A program made the position numbers and the translations under genes. Below the pieces are notes generated by a model. That model ran no database searches. It was not told the DNA's origin and saw nothing but the letters and a program-made list of their open reading frames with translations. Shown piece after piece: positions 1-9,860 of a stretch of 64,000 nt of DNA (positions within the stretch are counted from its first letter, which is position 1; each line of letters opens with the position of its first letter). The stretch is taken from contig JASFQK010000006.1 in NCBI GenBank assembly GCA_050115495.1, positions 119,790 to 183,789 of the forward strand, read 5' to 3'. The stretch comes from Phycisphaerae bacterium (GTDB lineage: Bacteria > Planctomycetota > Phycisphaerae > UBA1845 > Fen-1342).

Positions 1-137
1 AGGACTACCTCCCCGAGCCGCGCAGCTATTACAATCCCACCGACCGGGGGCACGAGGCCCGCATCGCCTCCTGGCTGCGTGAGCGGCGGAAGGCCCGCGC
101 AGCCCGGCCAGATCAGGCGGCACCGAGACAGCCGTGA
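1..137 (+). CDS. rarA: 3' end of replication-associated recombination protein A (MgsA/RarA), partial
   Basis: Frame from nt 3 reads DYLPEPRSYYNPTDRGHEARIASWL...P-stop, matching the MgsA C-terminal YLP...YY.PT.RG.E motif; TGA overlaps the next GTG (GTGA). Confidence 0.75.
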   Translation, partial: DYLPEPRSYYNPTDRGHEARIASWLRERRKARAARPDQAAPRQP

Positions 138-706
138 ACAAGCGGGAATTGCGTCAGGAGCTGCGTCGGCGGCTGGCGGCCATCACGCCAACCGAGCTGC
201 AGCGCCGCAGCGCGCAGGCCACCGACAGGCTCTGCGCCCTCGAAGGCTGCGAGCCGATGGACGTGGTCATGATTTTCCTGTCGATGCCCTACGAGATCGA
301 CACGGCACCGATCGCCCTGCACGCCTGGAGCCGCGGCAAGCGCGTGCTGGCCCCGCGCGTCTCGTGGGAACAGCGGCGCATGCTGCCGATCGAAATCCAC
401 TCGCTCGACACCGACGTGCAGCCGGGGCTCATGGGGCTGCGCGAGCCGGTCGAGGGCATGCCCGTGCCCGTCTCGGACATCGACCTGGTGGTCGTCCCCG
501 GGCTGGGCTTCGACGAACAGGGGAATCGGCTGGGGCGCGGGCGCGGCTTCTACGACCGCTTCCTGTCGCACCGGGACTTTCGGGGCTTGAGTTGCGCGCT
601 GGCCTTTGAAGAGCAGGTCGTGGAGTGCGTACCCGTTGGCGAAGCGGATGTACGCGTCGACATGCTCGTGACCGACGTGCGGGTTCGACAGTTTTCACGC
701 CAGTAA
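134..706 (+). CDS. ygfA: 5-formyltetrahydrofolate cyclo-ligase
   Basis: KRELR N-terminus; DLVVVPGLGFD..GNRLGRGRGFYDRFL signature. Confidence 0.95.
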   Translation: MNKRELRQELRRRLAAITPTELQRRSAQATDRLCALEGCEPMDVVMIFLSMPYEIDTAPIALHAWSRGKRVLAPRVSWEQRRMLPIEIHSLDTDVQPGLMGLREPVEGMPVPVSDIDLVVVPGLGFDEQGNRLGRGRGFYDRFLSHRDFRGLSCALAFEEQVVECVPVGEADVRVDMLVTDVRVRQFSRQ

Positions 707-715
707 TCACCGCTC

Positions 716-2380
716 ATGAGCACAACCATTATCCGTCGGCGTTACCTGACCAACTTCCAGCATCACCGCCTGCCCCACCTGTTCACCGACACGCTCGTGC
801 TCGGTACCGGCGTGGCCGGCCTGACCGCCGCCCTCGAAGCCGCCGAAGGCGGCGAGGTGCTGCTGGTCACCAAGGAGCACGCCGAGCAGTCGGCGACGGT
901 CTACGCCCAGGGCGGCATCGCCGCCGCCGCCACCGACGCCGGCGACAGCCCCGCCCGCCACGCCGCCGACACGATCACCGCGGCGTGCGGCCTCGGTCAC
1001 GAGGACATCATCAACCTGGTCGTCGGCGCCGCCCCCGCCTGCATCGAACTACTGAGCCACTGGGGCGCCCGCTTCGACCAGGAGAACGGCCACCTCGCTC
1101 GCGGGCAGGAGGGCGGGCACACCACTCGCCGCATCGTCCACGCCAGCGACGCCACCGGCCGGGAGATCGTCCGCGTCCTGCTCGAACGGGTCCGCCGCCA
1201 TCCGCGCATCCGCCTGTTCGACGGCTGCTTCGCCATCGACCTGCTGACGCACGAGGCGGGCGTCGTCGGTGCCGTCACGTTCCATCCGAAGTACGGCCAC
1301 CAGATGCTGCGGGCCACTACAACCATCCTCGCCTCGGGCGGCGCCGGCCGCATCTACCGCGAGACGACGAACCCCGCGGTGGCCACCGCCGACGGGCTGG
1401 CCATGGCCCTGCGAGCCGGAGCCGTGCTGCGCGACGTCGAGATGGTCCAGTTCCATCCGACCACGCTGTACATCGCCGGTGCGGCGCGTGCCCTCATCAG
1501 CGAAGCGGTCCGCGGTGAAGGCGGCCTCCTGGTCAATCGCGCCGGCCAGCGCTTCATGCCGGATTACGACGAGCGCGCCGAACTCGCCCCGCGCGACGTC
1601 GTCAGCCAGGCGATGCTGACCGAGATGCGGCGCGACCAGGCCGCCTGCGTCTACCTCGATGTGCGGCACTTCCCGCCGGGGCGCTTCGCCGAGCGCTTCC
1701 CCAACATCGCCCGCCTCTGCATCGATTTCGACATTCGCCCGGAACGCGACCTGATCCCCGTGCGGCCCGCTGCGCACTACATGGTCGGCGGCGTGGTCGT
1801 GGACACGCAGGGCCGGACCAGCCTGCCCGGCCTGCTCGCCTGCGGCGAGGTTTCCTGCACCGGCCTGCACGGGGCCAACCGGCTCGCCAGCAACTCGCTG
1901 CTCGAAGGCCTCGTCTACGGGCAGCGCGCCGGACGTCTGGCCGCCGAACGTGCCGGCAGCAACGGCCGCGTCTTCCAGTCGCCGGCCATCAGCCACGTCC
2001 TGCCGCAGTCGCCGCGCTCGGCACTCGACCTCGAGGACGTGCTCAGCAGTCTGCGCAGCCTGATGTCCCGCCGCGTCGGCGTACAGCGCGATGCCGGCGA
2101 GCTCGACGAAGCCCGCGAGTTGATCCAGTTCTGGGGCCGCTACGTGATGGACAAGGTCTTCGACGAGCCGATGGCCTGGGAAACGCAGAACATGCTCACC
2201 GTCGCCCTCTGCGTCGCCACGGCCGCCCTCGAACGCCGGGAGTCGCGCGGCGTGCATTATCGCACCGACTTTCCGCAGACCGATCCGGCGTGGCAGCGGC
2301 ACATCGACCTCGCCCTCGTGGCCGAGCAGCTCGAGGTTTCGACATCCCCTGTCGGTAAATCCGCAGACGGCGTCCGATAG
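716..2380 (+). CDS. nadB: L-aspartate oxidase
   Basis: GTGVAG FAD motif, AQGGIAA, EGGH..RRIVHA, QFHPT, HYMVGG, GLHGANRLASNSLLE, ESRGVHYR. Confidence 0.95.
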   Translation: MSTTIIRRRYLTNFQHHRLPHLFTDTLVLGTGVAGLTAALEAAEGGEVLLVTKEHAEQSATVYAQGGIAAAATDAGDSPARHAADTITAACGLGHEDIINLVVGAAPACIELLSHWGARFDQENGHLARGQEGGHTTRRIVHASDATGREIVRVLLERVRRHPRIRLFDGCFAIDLLTHEAGVVGAVTFHPKYGHQMLRATTTILASGGAGRIYRETTNPAVATADGLAMALRAGAVLRDVEMVQFHPTTLYIAGAARALISEAVRGEGGLLVNRAGQRFMPDYDERAELAPRDVVSQAMLTEMRRDQAACVYLDVRHFPPGRFAERFPNIARLCIDFDIRPERDLIPVRPAAHYMVGGVVVDTQGRTSLPGLLACGEVSCTGLHGANRLASNSLLEGLVYGQRAGRLAAERAGSNGRVFQSPAISHVLPQSPRSALDLEDVLSSLRSLMSRRVGVQRDAGELDEARELIQFWGRYVMDKVFDEPMAWETQNMLTVALCVATAALERRESRGVHYRTDFPQTDPAWQRHIDLALVAEQLEVSTSPVGKSADGVR

Positions 2381-2446
2381 ACGGGCCGCCCGTCGGCCGC
2401 ATTGAGACTCGCGCAGCGCCGCCGCGGGCGGCGCGTGCGCAAACCG

Positions 2447-2476
2447 TTGCCCTTGTTGCGGTTAATCGGCTATAGT
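2447..2476 (+). promoter_or_regulatory. Putative sigma70-type promoter
   Basis: TTGCCC-N18-TATAGT in an AT-richer intergenic patch upstream of the 2635 gene. Confidence 0.35.
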
Positions 2477-2634
2477 GTGGCAGGGTGGCGGGCCCGCCGA
2501 TCCGGGCCGCTTGTTCCCCTTCAGTTCCCGGCGGCCGGAGGGTAGTCAGCAACCTGCGGCCAGACACAGCGTGGTGTGCGCTGCCCGCCAGCGCTCGCCA
2601 CGCCGCGGCGAACCTCGAGTAAGGAGCGCGTAAG

Positions 2635-4953
2635 ATGGCCCTGAACAGACTGATCGTGACCGCCGGCCTGAGCCTGGTGCTGGCTTATGCCGCAACCGCC
2701 GGCGCCCAGACCTGGTCGATCACGACCGTGGACAGCGGTAAGGTCGGCGACTATCCCAGCCTCGCCCTGCAGCCCAGCGGCTACCCGGCCATCAGCTACG
2801 CCGACGGCAAGTTCCAGACCCTCAAGTACGCGTGGTTCGACGGCAAGGCCTGGCAAACCGCCACCGCCGTCAACGACGAGACTCCGGTGGCTTACACCAG
2901 CCTGGCCTTCGTCAACGGCGAGCCGGCCATCAGCTACTACGAGCCGTTCGACGGCCTGGGCTACGCATGGTTCGTCGACGGGGAATGGCAGTCTACGATC
3001 GTGCACTCCGCTGTTGAGGTGGAGAGCGCGGGCTTGTACTCGAGCCTGGCCGTGCTGCCCGACGGCAATCCGGCCATCAGCTACATGTACTCGATCTACG
3101 AGGGGAAGAGCCTCACCGACGCCGATCTCATGTACGCCTGGTTCGACGGCACCCAGTGGCAGCGGACCACCGTCGATACCGGTGGGGCCGAAGTGAACGT
3201 CGGTGAGTTCACCAGCCTGGCGGTGCTGCCTTCCGGCTATCCGGCCATCAGCTACGTGGACGCCACGAACCACACGCTCAAGTACGCCTGGTACAACGGC
3301 AGTCTCTGGCACAGCGCGGTGGTGGACAGCTCTGCGCTGGTCACCGGGTTCACCAGCCTGGCCATCGTCGGCGGCGAACCCGCGATCAGCTACGGCATCG
3401 GCTCCCCGACGCCGGAGGTGCGCTACGCCGAGTTCGCCGGCGGCGAGTGGCACATCGCCACGGTCGACAGCGGCGACGGGCAACTCGGTAGTTGCACGAG
3501 CCTCGCAGTGCTCCCCAACGGCGAGCCGGCCATGGCGTACGGCGACGCGGGATCGGGCGAGCTGCATTACGCCTGGCGCGGCTACGGCGCGTGGCACTCG
3601 TCACTCATCAGCAGCAGCGGCGCCGGCAATTGCAGCCTGGCCTTCGTGGCGGGCACCGTGCCGGTCATCGCCTTCCACAACATGGAAATGGGCTCGCTGA
3701 ACCTGGCGGCCTTGATCGAGGACTGCAACGAAAACGGCATTCCGGACATCGAAGACCTGGCCTACTGCCAGGGCGCTCCGTGGTGCAGTGACTGCAACGG
3801 CAACGGCATCCTCGACCAGTGTGACATCTCCTTCTGCTATTACGATCCGGCCTGTGGCGACTGCGACCTCGACGGCGTGCCCGACGGCTGCCAGTATGAG
3901 ATCACCGACTGCAACGAGAACGGCTTCGCCGACGGCTGCGAGATCGCCATGGACCCGTCGCTCGACTGCAACGAGAACGGCATTCTCGACGAGTGTGACC
4001 GCTGGGGCTGCGACGGTGAGCCCTGGTGCCGCGACTGCAACGAGAACGGCATCCTCGACGTGTGCGACCAGGACGACTGCGCCGGTGAGCCCTGGTGCGA
4101 CGATTGCAACGGCAACGGCTTCCTCGACGAGTGCGACGTCATGTACGGCGTCAGCCTGGACATCAACGTCAACGACGTCCCGGACGAGTGCGAACCCGAC
4201 TGCAACGAGAACAGCATCCCCGACGACTGGGACATCTCCGCCGAGTACAGCGCCGACTGCAACGCCAACGGCATCCCGGATGAATGCGACATCGCCGACG
4301 GCACCAGCGAGGACTGCAACGGCAACGGCGTCCCGGATGAGTGCGACCTCGCCAACGGCGACAGCGAAGACTGCGACGTCAACGGCGTGCCCGACGAGTG
4401 CCAGACCGACACCGACGACGACGGTGTCATCGACGCGTGCGACGGCTGCCCGCAGGACCCCGCCAAGCTGGCCCCCGGCACGTGCGGCTGCGGCGAGGCC
4501 GACACCGACACGGACGGCGACGGGTTCGCGGATTGTGTCGATAATTGTCCGGACGTCTTCAACCCCGACCAGGCCGACAGCGACGGCAACGGCCTGGGCG
4601 ACGCCTGCGACGAGGCCGCCCGCCCGGTGCCAACCGACGCCTGCTTCTTCCGCTGCCTGATCCAGTTGATGTCCGGGAAACCCCTGGACGGCCCCGAGGT
4701 CGGCGACTGCAACTGCGACGACTTCCTCGACGAGCTGGTCGCCTACGCCGACGAGCACGCCGGTGAGTACCCGACGGACGGCGACGGCACGACCGAGCCG
4801 ACCGGCACGGACAACCTCACCGAGGAAGAGCGCGAGCTGCTCGGCCGCCTGACCGCCGGCGCCGGAATCTGCCCGCTCTCGTGCGTGCTGCTGGTCACGA
4901 TATCGCTGGTCGGCCTGCTCCTGACGCGTCCGCGCGGCGCCTCGCGGCCATAG
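2635..4953 (+). CDS. Secreted, membrane-anchored protein: 7-blade beta-propeller, about 12 DCNxNG Cys/Asp repeats, TSP3-like repeats, C-terminal TM
   Basis: Signal peptide; seven SLA..G.PAISY repeats; DCNxNGxxDxC repeats; DTDGDG..D..DNCP; C-terminal GICP-hydrophobic helix-Arg tail; AAGGAG RBS. Confidence 0.85.
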   Translation: MALNRLIVTAGLSLVLAYAATAGAQTWSITTVDSGKVGDYPSLALQPSGYPAISYADGKFQTLKYAWFDGKAWQTATAVNDETPVAYTSLAFVNGEPAISYYEPFDGLGYAWFVDGEWQSTIVHSAVEVESAGLYSSLAVLPDGNPAISYMYSIYEGKSLTDADLMYAWFDGTQWQRTTVDTGGAEVNVGEFTSLAVLPSGYPAISYVDATNHTLKYAWYNGSLWHSAVVDSSALVTGFTSLAIVGGEPAISYGIGSPTPEVRYAEFAGGEWHIATVDSGDGQLGSCTSLAVLPNGEPAMAYGDAGSGELHYAWRGYGAWHSSLISSSGAGNCSLAFVAGTVPVIAFHNMEMGSLNLAALIEDCNENGIPDIEDLAYCQGAPWCSDCNGNGILDQCDISFCYYDPACGDCDLDGVPDGCQYEITDCNENGFADGCEIAMDPSLDCNENGILDECDRWGCDGEPWCRDCNENGILDVCDQDDCAGEPWCDDCNGNGFLDECDVMYGVSLDINVNDVPDECEPDCNENSIPDDWDISAEYSADCNANGIPDECDIADGTSEDCNGNGVPDECDLANGDSEDCDVNGVPDECQTDTDDDGVIDACDGCPQDPAKLAPGTCGCGEADTDTDGDGFADCVDNCPDVFNPDQADSDGNGLGDACDEAARPVPTDACFFRCLIQLMSGKPLDGPEVGDCNCDDFLDELVAYADEHAGEYPTDGDGTTEPTGTDNLTEEERELLGRLTAGAGICPLSCVLLVTISLVGLLLTRPRGASRP

Positions 4954-5113
4954 CCGCCCCGGTACGTACGATCACGCATCGCTGCCGTTCGCGCCGTTCC
5001 GGCGCCGCTTCGGCCGGTTTGCGTCCGCCCACTTTGTTTGACCCCCACTTGTGGCGGCTTCTAGAATCTCATGGACCTGGATGGCCCGACCAACCGGAAC
5101 GGAGCCTGGGTGG

Positions 5114-5968
5114 ATGCTCAATCGCTGGATCGGAATTCTCTGCACGCTCTTCATGCTGAGCGCCAACACGACGCTCTTCGTCCGCGATATCCTGCCCGGC
5201 CTGCTGGCCGGTGACCCGCCGGAGCTGGACGACCTCTCCCTCGAAGCCGGCACGACCCGGCGGATCCAGACCGGCGTCTTCAACGCCCGCGACGAGAATA
5301 TCGGTCGAAGCTGGACCGTCAGCTTCATGCAGGCCGGACTGCTCAACGTCACCTCCTGCACGCGCCTCAACCCGATCACCCTGCCCAACGGCCTGACCAC
5401 GCCCGGCGCCCGCATCGACACCGAGCTCCGCTATCGGGTCGACGACGGCCTCCTGGACAGCATGAGCATGTCCATTCGCGGCCTGCCGGTCGGCGTCACC
5501 ATGCACGGCGACTTCATCCCGCCGGACGAGTTCGCCTGCTGCTGGCGGTTGGGGAAGGTGCAGCGCGGCACGTTCCGGCTCAGCGCCGACGCGACCCGCG
5601 CCCTGGGCGACGTGCTGCGACCCTTCACGCGCCTGCCGGGCCTGTACGTGGGCCGCACCTGGCGGCTGCATCTGCTCGACCCGCTGGCCCAGGTCGTGCC
5701 CGGCCTGCGCAACAATGATCTGTTGGCCGAGCCCATACTCGTGCGCGTCACCGGTACGGAAATGATCGAGCACCGCGGGCAGCAGCTCGAGGTGTTCGTC
5801 GTGGAGGCCCGCCGCACGCGGGCCTGGGTGGATCAGCAGGGCAACGTGCTGCGGCAGGAAATCGACGTGCCGCTGCTCGGCCGCCTGACGCTGCGTGACG
5901 AACCGTTTGATGACGAGGTGTTCCAGGAAGCCCGCGTCTGGTCGCCGGACGCCTCGGAAGAGGAGTAG
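5114..5968 (+). CDS. Hypothetical membrane-anchored beta-rich protein, first gene of ABC exporter unit
   Basis: ATG 5114 (MLNRWIGIL) after GGAG; N-terminal hydrophobic helix; stop abuts the ABC ATPase ATG. Confidence 0.75.
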   Translation: MLNRWIGILCTLFMLSANTTLFVRDILPGLLAGDPPELDDLSLEAGTTRRIQTGVFNARDENIGRSWTVSFMQAGLLNVTSCTRLNPITLPNGLTTPGARIDTELRYRVDDGLLDSMSMSIRGLPVGVTMHGDFIPPDEFACCWRLGKVQRGTFRLSADATRALGDVLRPFTRLPGLYVGRTWRLHLLDPLAQVVPGLRNNDLLAEPILVRVTGTEMIEHRGQQLEVFVVEARRTRAWVDQQGNVLRQEIDVPLLGRLTLRDEPFDDEVFQEARVWSPDASEEE

Positions 5969-6787
<819 letters not shown>

Positions 6788-6851
6788 CCGTGCCCACCCC
6801 GCTTCGTCACTGGTGCGCCCTCACCCCGGCCACGGCGGAGGTGACCGGCTC

Positions 6852-8573
6852 ATGACTCCGGACACCGGCGACAACCCGCCCCGCCGCGCTGCCAACATGG
6901 AAATGTTCGTCCTGGCCCGTTATCGGGCGATGCAGTTGCGCAACGCCGTCGACCAGCAGTTGCGCGACGCTCCCATGCGCACGTTCGTCGTGCTCGTGCT
7001 CCTGTGCGTCATCTGGGTGGCCCTGTACCTGCTGCTCAAGGCCGTCTTCCAGCAGGTCAACCGCTGGGAACTGGTGGCCGTCGTCGCCAACAAGCACATT
7101 TTCATCCACTTCTTCCTCGTGCTGGCGGTCATGCTCACCGTCTCCAACGCCGTGCTGGCCTTCACCAGCCTGTTCGGACGCCACGAGGCAGCGCACCTAT
7201 TGAGTATGCCCGTACACCCACGACAGGTGCTCTGCGTGAAGTGGCTCGAAGGCATGCTGCTGTCCAGTTGGTCGTTCATGCTGCTGGGCGTGCCGCTCAT
7301 GCTCGCCGTGGCGCACAACACATCGGTGGCATGGTACTACTACCCGCTGTTCATCGGGCATTTCCTGGGGTTCGTGCTGATCCCGGCGACGTTCGGTCTG
7401 CTCGTCGCCTGGTTCATCGCCATGTGGATCCCCCGCCGCCCGCTGCTGCTGATCCTGTGGACCGCCATCGGCGCCCTCGCCGTCGGCGCGTATTACTTGT
7501 GGAACCTCTCGCACCGGGCCCTCCAGGCCGAGCAGTGGCTGCCCCTGCTGTTCCGCGAGATCGGCATCACCAAAAACCAGTTGCTGCCCAGCACCTGGAC
7601 CGCCGAGGGCATCGTCGCCGCCATCGAACTACGCGTCGGCGACAGCCTCGTGTACCTGCTGGTCGTCCTCGGCAACGCGGCGTTCTTCTCGTGGCTGACG
7701 ATTAACATCCTCGGCGGCACGTGGTCCGAGGCCTACAACCGCGCCCGTCGCGGACAGGCCCGCGGGGAAATCCGCAACGGCTGGCTCACCGCCGGCGTGT
7801 GTACCGTGCTCTTCTGTTACCTGCCCTCGCGCGCCCGTCAGATCATGCTCAAGGACCTGCGCGGCTTCACGCGCGACCCCGCCCAGTGGACGCAGATGGC
7901 CATCATGATGGGCCTGCTCGTGATCTACGCGCTCAACCTGAAGCGCCTGCCGATGGACCTGAACCGCGCGGAAACGCAGACCCTCATCGCCTTCCTCAAC
8001 CTGGTCGTTATCAGCCTGATATTGGCGACGTTCACGAGCCGATTTGTCTACCCCCTGCTCTCCCTCGAGAGCCAACAGCTCTGGCTCCTCGGCCTGCTGC
8101 CCACCCGCCGCAGCACCCTGCTCGGCATTAAGTTTGTGTTTGCCTTGACAGTTACCGGACTATCCGGGCTCGGCGTCATGTTCCTGGCCGTGGTCATGCT
8201 CGGCCTCCCACCGGCCTGGGCCGCCCTGAACCTCGTCCTCTGTCTGGCCGTCTGCATCGGTCTATCCGGCCTGTCCGTCGGCCTCGGCGCCCGCTTCCCC
8301 GTCCTCGGGCAACGCAACCCGGCGCGGATCGCCTCCAGCTTCGGCGGGACCGTAAACCTAATTGGCAGCATGCTTTTCGTGTCGGTAATGATGGCCGGCG
8401 CCGCCATGGTCGGCCTCGAAGAGCTCCGCCGAACGCTCGACCCCTCCGGCCCGCTCAGCGACCTGAGCTCACACACGTGGCATATCGCGGCGGGGCTGGG
8501 CCTGTTCAGTCTGCTCACTGCCGCAGCGGCCATGTGGACCGGAATGCGGCATTTCGAGCGATATGAATGCTGA
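6852..8573 (+). CDS. Putative ABC exporter permease (multi-TM)
   Basis: More than 12 hydrophobic segments, KDLR.F.RDP.QW and SLE...LWLL motifs; GGAGG before ATG 6852. Confidence 0.85.
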   Translation: MTPDTGDNPPRRAANMEMFVLARYRAMQLRNAVDQQLRDAPMRTFVVLVLLCVIWVALYLLLKAVFQQVNRWELVAVVANKHIFIHFFLVLAVMLTVSNAVLAFTSLFGRHEAAHLLSMPVHPRQVLCVKWLEGMLLSSWSFMLLGVPLMLAVAHNTSVAWYYYPLFIGHFLGFVLIPATFGLLVAWFIAMWIPRRPLLLILWTAIGALAVGAYYLWNLSHRALQAEQWLPLLFREIGITKNQLLPSTWTAEGIVAAIELRVGDSLVYLLVVLGNAAFFSWLTINILGGTWSEAYNRARRGQARGEIRNGWLTAGVCTVLFCYLPSRARQIMLKDLRGFTRDPAQWTQMAIMMGLLVIYALNLKRLPMDLNRAETQTLIAFLNLVVISLILATFTSRFVYPLLSLESQQLWLLGLLPTRRSTLLGIKFVFALTVTGLSGLGVMFLAVVMLGLPPAWAALNLVLCLAVCIGLSGLSVGLGARFPVLGQRNPARIASSFGGTVNLIGSMLFVSVMMAGAAMVGLEELRRTLDPSGPLSDLSSHTWHIAAGLGLFSLLTAAAAMWTGMRHFERYEC

Positions 8574-8610
8574 GCACACAAAAACACTCCCGTCACGAAA
8601 CATTAATCTC

Positions 8611-8639
8611 TTGGCTCGGCCCTCCCGTAGCGGTACACT
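8611..8639 (+). promoter_or_regulatory. Putative sigma70 promoter
   Basis: TTGGCT-N17-TACACT. Confidence 0.45.
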
Positions 8640-8818
8640 AACCGATGGTTGTTTCGATCTCGGGTGGTCCCTAGCATCGGACACGCCGAGACAAGGGTAG
8701 ACCGGTCTCAGTCCGCGGGCGATACCCGCCGCCCGCGAGTCGAAAGTGCCCGCTGAGACGAGTAGAGGGCTTTCGCTGCGGGACTGGTTTGGGTTCTGAC
8801 TTCTGGGAGGCTGAAAGT

Positions 8819-9676
8819 ATGTTCGGACGAGTGACTTGCACGGCGGTCGTGGCGGCCGTCGCCCTGTGTGGCGCGGCTCTCGCGGATCCAATCGTTACGG
8901 TGACCCTCACGTCTCCGCAAAATGGCTTGGCTGTCGCCCCGGGATCTACGATCGAGTGGACCATCTCGGTCTCCGTCGAACCCGGCACGAATGCCGGTCT
9001 GGCCCTGATCTCCTGTGATCTGATGCAGGACGCCGGCAACCCCACGTTCTTCGACATCCCGCTGGCCAGCGGCATCCCCGCGGCCATGGCCAAGTTCGAT
9101 CGACCGGGCGGAATCACCAATCCGGGTGAAGGCGCCGCCTCCGGCTACGTCGGCGTACAGCGCGGCGACGCCGGCCACATGAACCTCGTACAGATCGGTG
9201 GCGGCATGAACACCTTCGGCCAGGCGCTGCCTCCGGGCACCGGCCTCGGCGAAGTCGCCGATCCCGACTGCGGCATCGGTCAGAGCGGCGCGCAGGTCGT
9301 CGCCACCGGCTCGTTCACTGCTCCGTGCTCGTCCTTCGCCTCAGGGACCTACACGTTCAACCTGGACAGCGTCCGGGCCAACGTGATGAGCGCGTGCGTG
9401 ACGCCGCCCGACTTCTCGCCCGTCGTCCAGGCTGCCGTCGACACGAGCGCCGGCTCCTTCACCGTCACCGTTCGCCAGGCGATCGGCGACCTGAACTGCG
9501 ACTGCGTCGTCAACAACTTCGACATCGCCCCCTTCGTGAAGGCCCTGACCAACCCCGCGGGCTACGAGGCGGATTACCCGAACTGCGACGCGATGCTCGG
9601 CGATGTGAACGACGACGGCACGCTGAACAACTTCGACATTGCCCCCTTCGTGCAGCTCCTCACGGGCGGCAAGTAA
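8819..9676 (+). CDS. Secreted protein with cohesin-like beta-sandwich and C-terminal dockerin-like domain
   Basis: Signal peptide; GGAGG RBS; duplicated GDLNCD..VNNFDI / GDVNDDGTLNNFDI EF-hand-like repeats; cohesin call is by appearance only. Confidence 0.7.
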   Translation: MFGRVTCTAVVAAVALCGAALADPIVTVTLTSPQNGLAVAPGSTIEWTISVSVEPGTNAGLALISCDLMQDAGNPTFFDIPLASGIPAAMAKFDRPGGITNPGEGAASGYVGVQRGDAGHMNLVQIGGGMNTFGQALPPGTGLGEVADPDCGIGQSGAQVVATGSFTAPCSSFASGTYTFNLDSVRANVMSACVTPPDFSPVVQAAVDTSAGSFTVTVRQAIGDLNCDCVVNNFDIAPFVKALTNPAGYEADYPNCDAMLGDVNDDGTLNNFDIAPFVQLLTGGK

Positions 9677-9710
9677 ACCGGCACCATACGCCGGCCTGAT
9701 CTGAACTAAC

Positions 9711-9745
9711 CGCGGCCTGCCCCCAGGGGCAGGCCGCTTTCGTTT
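9711..9745 (+). terminator. Rho-independent terminator
   Basis: GCGGCCTGCCCC-loop-GGGGCAGGCCGC followed by TTTCGTTT. Confidence 0.75.
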
Positions 9746-9860
9746 GACTAGAATCCGGCGAGCGGCTGGGGGCGCCGGCCACGACTGCGCGGCGTTCGAG
9801 CGAAGCGCCGACGGTGCCGATATTCCCAGCGGGTTCCGTGGCAGAAGTGTGAATGTGGTG

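Noticed and set aside
1..133. 6S RNA (ssrS), often upstream of ygfA
   Set aside because: The region is the coding 3' end of rarA, overlapping the ygfA start
3720..4620. CRISPR-like or DNA-level repeat array
   Set aside because: The repeats are in-frame, degenerate at third positions, and encode DCNxNG protein repeats
8562..8606. Possible Cys-Sec readthrough (TGC TGA) at the end of the permease, given selA
   Set aside because: No SECIS-like hairpin follows; the extension is short, AT-rich and intergenic-looking
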